Assembly: GCA_024626585.2 (NCBI GenBank) | Contig: JANKJI020000002.1 | Location: 170,502,226 to 170,520,624, forward strand | Source of the DNA: Ginkgo biloba | Lineage: Eukaryota; Plantae; Ginkgophyta | Length of the DNA stretch: 18,399 nt | Reading direction: 5' to 3' | In this document: positions 9,319 to 18,399 of the stretch, piece after piece | Layout of the letters: every line of letters starts with the position of its first letter | Numbering within the stretch: the stretch's first letter is position 1 | Made by a program: the position numbers and the translations under genes | The notes under the pieces: generated by a model | Seen by the model: the letters and a program-made list of their open reading frames with translations, nothing else | Databases searched by the model: none | What the model was told of the DNA's origin: nothing

Positions 9319-11726
9319 TGATGTAGCACGATGGGGCAGACACATAGGTAGGCGCTTGAATTTTGNNNNNNNNNNNNNNNNNNNNNNNNNNNNNNNNNNN
9401 NNNNNNNNNNNNNNNNNNNNNNNNNNNNNNNNNNNNNNNNNNNNNNNNNNNNNNNNNNNNNNNNNNNNNNNNNNNNNNNNNNNNNNNNNNNNNNNNNNNN
9501 NNNNNNNNNNNNNNNNNNNNNNNNNNNNNNNNNNNNNNTCAACAAAATAAAAGCAAGCACCCACACATCTACAGTGAACTAATTAAATCAATATTTTTCC
9601 AGTTACAACAACCTCCATGTCTCTTCCTCGTTGTCGAAGGGCTAATACAAATAATTACAAATAATTTTACTTACGGGCCACTGCCCGTAAACTCTTGAGT
9701 TGCCTCTCTCGACATTTTGCTTGGTCTCTCAACACATTCTAGATCTGGTAGACTCACTTGATGCCTCTAGTTCACATTCTAGGAAGGAATTCACACATCG
9801 TCTCTCTCCAGAGCTGCCTCTCTCAGTGGTCTACTCAATTTTCACTATTCTCGGGCTCTAACAGACTCTCTTAATGCCTCCAGTTCATATTCTAGGATAG
9901 AATTCATGCGTCATCCCTCTCTTGATCCACCTCTCTTGATGGTATGCTTAATTTCCACTATTTTTTGGCTTTGATGGACTCACTCAACGCGTCTAGTTCA
10001 CATTCCAAGATAAAATTCACATGTTGTCCCTCTCTTGAGTTGCCTCTCTTGGCAGTCTACTTGGCTATCTTCAGTCTTTACTAGTCTCCACTATGTTCTT
10101 GGTTCACTCCTCAAGCCCCATAGGTATGTAATCACACCCTCAAGCTCTATTGGTTATCCTTGCGTAGTATTTTCCCATGTCTCTGCACACACACTAGCTT
10201 AGACGCTCAATTCGTCTTGCATACCAAGTCTAGGGTTTAAATACCCCCACATCACACTTTGTTCCTATTGTTGAATGGCTCCCACAACTCTATTTACAAC
10301 TCAAGTGCTTCTATTCCACTATTTAACACCTTCAAACCCTTAGTATAGTCGACCAAGGTTCCATCATGGCACCCACTCCTTGATTCCTCCGTTGGATGGC
10401 TCCCAAAGCAATTTTTACGACTCCCATTATTCAAATCCATGGTGCTCCCTCTATCCTTCGAACCTGATCAACACTTTCAATCACTAACTAGGGGAACTAC
10501 CCACCTGATGGTAGGACCCACTGTGCTCCCCAATGAATCCACCACTTCGATTGTGGAACCCATTCTCCTTCACGCTCTGGGATTTTAATGATTGATCTTC
10601 AAATGGCTAGGTACCAATGGCTTTGGCACCAAAAACTCTTCTCATCTCAATGGTCAGGTTAGGTGGAAGGACCCCTATAATGACCATAGTCACTTATTGC
10701 TATACAATGGCTCTCCATGAGCTTTTCCTTCTTCTCCTAGTCCAGTTCAATCTCCATAGTCGTTGGGTAGGTGTAACAATAATGGTGCCACCTCTAGTAT
10801 TAATTTCTCATGCATGCTGCTCCTGACCTCATTAATGGCATGTGCCTTCTGTAATGAATGTGCCTCCAAGAGACCGAGTTCATTCCTCGTTGGGTTCATT
10901 GTGTTCAACATTTACTGAGCGCGTTCCTTATTAGAAACTTTGATCCCTGATCATTTGATGGATCGATGTCCGCTTTCCACCCTTTAATCCTTGTGGACTT
11001 CAAAATTACATTTTATAAATCATCTGGTTTGCTTAGTTGGGCTTCTGGAAAGGTGTAGGCGCGACTCATAACTGCAACCTTGACTCCTCGATCTTTGATT
11101 AGACTCAATTTAATATCTTTGTCGGGTCCACGAGTTTAGGAGCCCACCTTCCAAAGTATCGAGTGGCAATCTCTGACCTTCAGATCCTTGATAACTCGAT
11201 TAACTCATATTTTATAATCCATCAGGTCCACAGGACAGGTATGGATGGTGCCTTTTCCTTTGATTCTCCAAGAACTCTAATCCTCGATACCCGACTTTTT
11301 GCTTTCTCACTAAGTGTTAAATGAGCCTAATTTCATAAAGGCATTAGGTCTATAGGGTCTCAATAATCATCTCCAAGTTCTCGATGAGAACCTCCAGGGC
11401 CCCCGATTCTCTAATTTTTTATTAAACATATTTCATAAGTTTTTAGGTTAGTAATTTTAAGATGCACCTTTCCTATGTTAAAGGGTCTGACCCCCAATAT
11501 CCTGAGGACCCAATAACTTGATGATAACCATTCACATCCCAACTCCATTGATATGATTCTTCATCAAAAGGGTCCCAATGAAAAAAACACTCGACCCCTT
11601 ACACCAGCCTACTTCTTTTATCTCTTTAGCCAAAACTTTCAAAAATATAATCCTCCATGCCAATGTCATTTCCTTGTACCAAAACTGAGCACACTTATGG
11701 GGTGCTACCAAGATGCTCCTATATCA
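9319..11726 (-). mobile_element. 5' LTR of element B (~2.4 kb including a gap), TG...CA
   Basis: Starts TGATATAGGAGCATCTTGGTAGCACC (11726) and ends CTACATCA (9319) next to the PBS. It is homologous to 7519-9177. Its outer flank is unrelated Gypsy pol sequence with no PPT. Confidence 0.88.
9692..10065. repeat. 113-bp tandem repeat, ~3.3 copies, in the LTR of element B
   Basis: GACTC...AGTTCA(C/T)ATTC units start at 9751, 9864 and 9977. CTCTTGAGTTGCCTCTCT occurs at 9692 and 10032. Confidence 0.88.
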
Positions 11727-12400
11727 TATGGGTCTACATGTTTAAAAATATGATAGGAAATAACTCTCTCAATTAGAATTCCTTTAGGAGGCTCAAATAA
11801 ATATGTGTACTCTTTTAAAACACCTTTTAATCGGTGTTCTTGTATTAAATCAAGTATATCATATTCTAACTACTTCAAAGACTCATAACTTGACTCCTAG
11901 ACTTCCTAAGTAAGTCTAGGACAAACTTCTATGAATATTGAACCAACCATTTGGCTTGAGAACCTTTAACTAGAATAGAGTATTTATCCATAAATACAAA
12001 CATTATAAAATAACATAAAGTATCTTAACAAATTGGCATATCCCTTAGTAGGGAACCGACCTAGCCTTTTTATGATGATTAAATTGAATGCCTAATAATA
12101 CACTAGTATAATCCATAGTAACAAAATTTCATATAATATCATCTACATAGAATTTAATGATTCTAAATTTAAAGGTACATTACTTAGTGAGTGTCACTCT
12201 CATTTTTTGTTCTCCTTAAAATCTCATAAGTGTCAGGATGATCCATGGTATCCAAACCAAAATCCTTAACAACATCAACCATAATGGGATTATTTTGGAT
12301 CCTACTATCTAATATTACTATTAAAACCTTGTCCTTAATTTTATTTAAAAGGATGAATAATATCTTTTTATTTTGGGAGGAATAATTAATATGAACTAAT
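11727..12400 (-). mobile_element. Ty3/Gypsy (CRM-like chromovirus) pol remnant: aspartic protease and PR-RT linker, abutting the LTR at 11726
   Basis: Minus-strand peptides: VLIVILDSRIQNNPI (LDSG-type active site at 12301-12312), CTFKFRIIKFYVDDII*NFVTMDYTSVLLGIQF (cf. DEVxCDVVPMDxCxILLG) and LKGVLKEYTYLFEPPKGILIERVISYHI (cf. EFxDVFxxPxGLPPxRxxxHxI). Confidence 0.8.
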
Positions 12401-12508
12401 GTAATAAANNNNNNNNNNNNNNNNNNNNNNNNNNNNNNNNNNNNNNNNNNNNNNNNNNNNNNNNNNNNNNNNNNNNNNNNNNNNNNNNNNNNNNNNNNNN
12501 NNNNNNNN

Positions 12509-12890
12509 ATGTCATATTAGGGAAAAAGTGGCTATAGCAATATGACATGCATATTTCACGTAGAGACTACATTCTCCACTTCTACACAGATGAAAGACAA
12601 AATAATTTAGTATGGGTAATTTAACTAAAAAGGGTGGCTAGGAAGACTAATAGTCAAGCCTTAAGGTATTTATTAAATAAAATTCCCATTTAAAAAAGGT
12701 AGAGCAAGAACTACCTAAGGAAGTGTCTTTACTATTGAAAGAATATGAGGATGTTTTTCCCAAAGAAATACCAAAGGAGAGAAATGTAGACCTTTTGAAA
12801 TACTAAAAAAGATTAATGAAGTTGTAAATTGAGAATGTAAAAGTACATCCAATGATATTTTATGTGAGATACTTAAAGAAATCTTCATCT
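12509..12890 (+). mobile_element. Internally deleted Ty3/Gypsy pol remnant (protease C-terminus and linker fused to post-integrase region)
   Basis: VILGKKWL*QYDMHI, then ELPKEVSLLLKEYEDVFPKEIPK, immediately followed by PFEILKKINEV...KVHP (cf. GPFxIxxKIxxVAYxLxLP...KVHPVFHVS). Confidence 0.75.
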
Positions 12891-13329
12891 TGGTTTGATA
12901 ATGTATTTCTAACCTGTTGTTCCCTTTAGCACACACACCCTATTCCATGGGGACCCTCTTCCTTACACTGAATTTGTCGGTGTATTTCCTCATATCAATC
13001 TTATCCTTGAGCCTTAGGTTGCATCTTTAGCAGCACTCATTCTAGCTTCAAAGCCTAAGTAGACCTCGATAGATTCATCTCCATAGAGTATCCCTGAGTT
13101 TGCCTTTATAGATCTCAATCGAGTCATCTCTTAACATTGTACATTCACATTGCTCATAGAGTCCCCCTATTAAACTCTCATGAACACTTAGCATTATAAA
13201 AATATGAATTTATACTTCTCTAGGTTATTCCACATGGTTTCTTATCGCCTCATTATGATCCTGTTGGATTTTATGAAAAGTTATTTCACGATTTTTTGTT
13301 TGAGTGTGCTGTGCAAGTGTTCAAGGATT

Positions 13330-14919
13330 TGATGTGTGGAAGGTCTTTGCTAAAATTTCCCCATGCAGAGTTCTAAAAGAAGAGCCAAGTCTAAAATGCA
13401 TTAAGAAAATATCGTAGATCCTTCGAAGAGTTGACACATGGCAATATATTTAGGTCCTATCCCTCATGGTGTTTTAAAAAATGGTTCAATGTGAAATACT
13501 TGGTGAATTTATCATGGGTGCCAGATCGCACAAAAGGCTGACAAGTGACATGATCCTAAACTTCTAAAGATTGCAAGGGTTCAACACTTAGACAAGTTCA
13601 TAAAATGGTTGTGGGTGTCAAGTTGAATGAGAAGTTGACATATGGCAAGATCCCGTGCCCCTTATCCTCGAAATAGTGCCCAAATCCTCAAAATTATATG
13701 AAAATATCACGAGTCCTAGAAGCCACGAGATCATACCACATGGCATGATCTCATTCCTCCTAGTCTTGTGACATTTAAACACTTGGAAGGCAAAGAATAA
13801 AAGAACTACAGGAGTGAGGCGGCGTGAGCAAGTGACAAGTGGCATGCCCTCAGGATCATTTGAGCCCTAATAGTTCACCATGATGCAAAAGAGGGATGAC
13901 CCTAATAGGGAGAAATTGATGGGCTCGTGGGGTCCCATCTCTATGATGGCACTATGCGGCACCATTGCGGAGCCCCCATGACCCACAAGGATTATTGAGG
14001 AACTTCTCCCTTACAAAGAGAAAATACATGGGCCTACAGGGTCCCATCTCTATGATGGCACCACGAAAAACCATCACAGAGCCCCTATGTATCGCATAAT
14101 CTACAAAGGGGAAAGGCCCCAAATAGGGAGAAAGAGATGGGCCCGTAGGGTCCTATCTTCATGATGGTTCCATGTGGCACCATTATAGAGCCCCAATGGC
14201 CTATGAGGATTATTGAGGAACTTCTCCCTGATGAAGATAAAAGAGATGGGACCCTATGGTCCCATCTCTGCAATGGNNNNNNNNNNNNNNNNNNNNNNNN
14301 NNNNNNNNNNNNNNNNNNNNNNNNNNNNNNNNNNNNNNNNNNNNNNNNNNNNNNNNNNNNNNNNNNNNNNNNNNNNTTGATTAGGGAGAGATATGATGAG
14401 AAAGGTTCAGGGAGTCCCCACTCCATTCCCTTGAACACATATATAAAATTCAGGTAGGAGAGAGGGGTAAGATTACACACTTTAGTTATTTCTTGACTAG
14501 ACATCAATATCATTAAATAAGGACACCTTGTCCTTACTTCACCTATTTTCATCCTTCTCCAACCATAGAATGACATCAAAGGTAAGGGACATTTTTCCAC
14601 CCTCATAGAATAGGGAAAGATAGGATAAGCCAATGTGTTTCTCTCTATGGATCTCCTTTTTCCCTTTCATAATCAAAGAATGAATTTATGTACTATGATA
14701 AGGGAGCCATTACTTCACACATTAAGTATAATATGATGAGTATTAATGATCTAATCGACGAATGCTAGTAGCATGATCCATAGATCTATGCCATTAATAT
14801 GTATGGTGACCAATTGTAGTCAGAGCATATTTCATATGTCCATGTGGATGTGAGTTGGTAGTAAAACCCCCAAGATGTGAGTGTACTTAATTCATTTATG
14901 TGTGATAGGTATCTTCACA
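13330..14919 (+). mobile_element. Probable solo LTR (~1.6 kb)
   Basis: TGATGTGTGGAAG start and CTTCACA end. Flanks GGATT (13325-13329) and CGATT (14920-14924) form a 4/5 TSD-like pair. It contains an internal tandem array followed by TATATAAAA at ~14441, and is non-coding. Confidence 0.5.
13901..14276. repeat. 109-bp tandem repeat with 218-bp dimeric higher order; each monomer carries a hairpin
   Basis: GGTCC(C/T)ATCT occurs at 13931, 14040, 14149 and 14258. ATTATTGAGGAACTTCTCCC occurs only at 13991 and 14209. Confidence 0.9.
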
Positions 14920-15487
14920 CGATTTCCCCTAATTTTGTCATTTTCCCAAGAAACATCCCTAATCTGACTTCCGTGTTATATCTTCAACCCATCCCTTATA
15001 AAAATTATTGTTTGCAAACTTGACGCATTCTTAAGAAGAATGGATTTCTCTTTTCTTATACTTGAATTCACACTACACCAGATTATCCCTCACACATTTG
15101 AATATTTGTTAAGGTTCCACCTAATTTTAGAGAATCTTTGTGCTCAGTGTTACTCACACCTGATAAATCTCTCTAATAAGAAATTCCCTATTGATAAGAT
15201 AGAGTCATTTGAATCACCATACTAATCAAGAGCTGCTCAAAATAACACGGAGACTAGGTACATGGGTTCACTATCTATATACATGATAGATTTTAAAATT
15301 AATTAAGTATAAAATCTACCCTTAACTATTATTAATTTTATAACTAACTATGGATAGTTAAATAATTATATAGTTTTTTTTTTTTTTNNNNNNNNNNNNN
15401 NNNNNNNNNNNNNNNNNNNNNNNNNNNNNNNNNNNNNNNNNNNNNNNNNNNNNNNNNNNNNNNNNNNNNNNNNNNNNNNNNNNNNNN

Positions 15488-15692
15488 CCCGTGAGTTCTT
15501 GTGCATGTTCTTGGTTGTCTGAGTTTAGAAGTTGTTTTGCTCTCTTTGTTGATTAGATTCCTTAGTGGCCGCATCTTCGGTGGAGTAAGACGCGGTGACA
15601 CCTGACCGATCGAACCAACCCTAAAATCCTGTTTAGGAGCGGAGCGGGATGGTCGATCAACCTACCCTCCCGTCCTCCTCCCTCCTGCGTCA
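15488..15692 (+). mobile_element. Terminal (probably U5) segment of another LTR related to elements A/B
   Basis: Ends ACCCTCCCGTCCTCCTCCCTCCTGCGTCA, similar to the element A LTR end ACCCTCCTCTTCCCTACATCA. CTCCTGCGTCA is identical to 9167-9177. No PBS follows. CpG-rich relative to the surroundings. Confidence 0.55.
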
Positions 15693-17939
15693 GGACCCAT
15701 GTTAGTGCACCATCANNNNNNNNNNNNNNNNNNNNNNNNNNNNNNNNNNNNNNNNNNNNNNNNNNNNNNNNNNNNNNNNNNNNNNNNNNNNNNNNNNNNN
15801 NNNNNNNNNNNNNNNNNNNNNNNNNNNNNNNNNNNNNCAATATAAAATGCTTTATAGAGATTAAAACAAAACTTGATGGTGGAATCATAATCCATAATTA
15901 CAAAGCTTAGTATCCTACATATGGGATTAATAATTAGAGTGCATAGAATTGATGCATTCCATGATGATCAAATTAGAACTTGTAGATAGAATCACAAGAT
16001 TAATGAATGGATAAGAAGAAAGAATAGTAATAAATCTTGAAGAACTCCAATATAATTTCCATGTATCCCAATNNNNNNNNNNNNNNNNNNNNNNNNNNNN
16101 NNNNTTATTCTTCTACGTACATCTATCTACTCTACCTACCCTTATCCTCACACTTGTCATACATGTAGAGATCTTCTTCCTATAATAATACTTTTCATAC
16201 ATTTGGATACTTCTTATTCTTATAAGAAACCCCATGATATACTCTTGGATTATCTATCATTATATTAAGAATTATTTCATTGAGAGGTTTCAACCTGCGA
16301 AGTGAATTGTTATTGTATTAGGAGGTTTCTGCCCTTAAATTGGATTGTTATTAAAGAGATCTTTTTCATTCTATTATGTCTAATTTTGTGATTATGTGAA
16401 GAAGGGTCATATCATATTATTCCTTGATCAGTGCCTCTAGTTTCACTTGTTGATGGCTTGTATTATACTAAGAGGATTTTTGTAGACTTAATAGATCAAA
16501 GAGGGACTTGGACAGATGAGGATGGAAGGGGAGAAATGATCTATGCGTTAGGATCTCCTCATGGGTCCTTGGCGAGAATATCCACTTGACTAATTAATGG
16601 TTCTATGGATTCTAGAAACTACTTCACTTGACCTAGATGCATGGGGGAATATGGTTCTTCCATGTGAGAAGGATTCAGGAGGGATCACATTTCTTGAGGT
16701 CAGATTGACTCCAATTTCTCCCTAATTGACTAAGAAAGCTACTTTCTAGTTGACTCATAAGGAAAACTAGGGAAATTTTATCTCTATTGAGAGTGGCGTG
16801 TGCCAAGACATATTCATTAGGCCCTAATGTTGCTTCCTCCATGAGAGGTTCAAGGTTTCATCTTTCTACTTGATCAATAAGAGGATCCAGGGNNNNNNNN
16901 NNNNNNNNNNNNNNNNNNNNNNNNNNNNNNNNNNNNNNNNNNNNNNNNNNNNNNNNNNNNNNNNNNNNNNNNNNNNNNNNNNNNNNNNNNNNCTTGGGGT
17001 ATTATTTCCTATTATCAAAGTGAGATTCACAAAATCATCCCTTATCCCTATAAAGGTCAAATATAATTTTAGATTCTTATATATGATAGACTACTTATTT
17101 CACATATCAAAATTTCAACATGTAAGAGTTCATGCATAGTTTGAAAATAATTTTTATTTTTGCATTACATTTTTTATCTTGATTATTGAACCTAAGGGAG
17201 ATATAAGGCTATAATTGATGTAGCACTCATTTACAAACCTCTTAANNNNNNNNNNNNNNNNNNGATCCTATAGGACATTTTTCTTGTCCATAACATCATT
17301 TTCCCAATGTCCTAAAATGTATTTTCTCAACTCTATAAATAAATAAAAATATAAACATAAATGCACAATATGAGGAAATACAAAAATAGAATCTTTTCAT
17401 TAAATTCAAAACTCTTTTTCATTACATATGGCCAACAACCTAAAATTATAAATATAAAAATTATTCCCCCATCAGGGTTACAATTTCAAAACTCCATACC
17501 AAACCTCCTTAGATGGATTTTCACAAACTTACTCCACCCTTCTTCACTATTCTACCTAATTGCCTCTATTGACAATTCTGTCGGTCTTCACACTTATGTA
17601 ATGGCTACCTCTTTTGGCAAATTGATTACAAGTCTCTTCCTTCTCTACTGATCATCATTTTTCTTTTTTCTTATCCAATTTGNNNNNNNNNNTATCAGTG
17701 GCTCTTCCACTACTCCAAAGTATCTCTTCACTTTATCCTTCTAGTGTCCCACTTATATTTCTTATTGTCCTATTCTTCTCTCTTCTCACACACGACCTTT
17801 CTTGGCCTTTCTCCTTCTCCTCATCTCCTCATTGCCAAGTCTTATTATTTTCCTCTCACCTATATTTCACTATCTATATATGGATACCCTTTGCCTAAAA
17901 TTATTAAACATGGCCTCCTTGGATTGCTCTCCTTTTTCC

Positions 17940-18170
17940 CTCCAAGTATGATGTGTTCCTGTCCCTCACAAAATCCCATGTGCCAAAACACTCCTTTCTT
18001 TCCTCTTCCTTCCCTCTCTATACTTTATTCTTATTTTTTTTTTTTTTTTTTCCAAAATTGACCCCCTTTATTCCACCTACCTCTAACATAGCCTCTAGGA
18101 TTTCTCCCTCCAAATGTTATCTCACCTACCACCATTTCTTTAAATCTAGTGGTTAAGTCCACTAATGCCC
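17940..18170 (-). pseudogene. Possible degenerate retrotransposon gag C-terminal fragment
   Basis: Minus-strand VDLTTRFKEMVVG...GGRNPRGYVRGRW is followed, after a poly-A run, by GFCEGQEH (a possible decayed zinc knuckle). Weak. Confidence 0.25.
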
Positions 18171-18399
18171 CTTAAAGTTTACTATAGGTGTAATAAAATG
18201 GGCTATGCAGGCCAATTATCTAATTAAGTTCATATATTCTTATTTAATATCTTGTGCATCTATTTTCTTTCATCCATTTATCATGTGTCTTCTCATCACC
18301 ATTTGATGAATAAACTCTATGTTCATCACTGTTCATTGGCCCCAACGAACGATAACTACCATTTATCGACAAATTTTCTCCATTGGTCCAAAATAATTT

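Noticed and set aside
16105-16892. LTR-like or TE-like composition
   Set aside because: No termini, PBS, PPT, TSD or coding motif could be identified.
17420-17640. Minus-strand hydrophobic stretch IIFIFIILGCWPYV as an env-like transmembrane segment
   Set aside because: Low-complexity AT-rich sequence with stops nearby and no supporting domain.

Overview
Gap-rich, AT-rich, repeat-derived eukaryotic DNA. It is almost certainly from a land plant (plant tRNA-iMet PBS, L1 LINE with RNase H, CRM-like Gypsy protease); a large-genome gymnosperm-like source is a guess only. No intact host gene or RNA gene is supported. In order, the window holds: (1) a degenerate + strand L1-clade LINE ORF2 (RT C-terminus, zf-RVT, RNase H; ~2555-5161) with a ~390-bp internal duplication; (2) a ~6-kb minus-strand LTR complex (5775-11726) that reads LTR-PBS-141 bp-PPT-LTR ... 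LTR-PBS-362 bp-PPT-LTR, i.e. non-autonomous elements with very large (~2.4 kb) LTRs, TRIM-sized non-coding internal domains and structured tandem arrays in the LTRs; (3) two divergently oriented Ty3/Gypsy pol remnants (11727-12400 minus; 12509-12890 plus); (4) a probable solo LTR (13330-14919) with a hairpin-bearing 109-bp tandem array; (5) a further LTR end of the family in (2) at 15488-15692 and weak TE-like remnants. Many gaps are exactly 100 N (probably unsized), so adjacency across them is unproven. All alignments and identities were estimated by eye.
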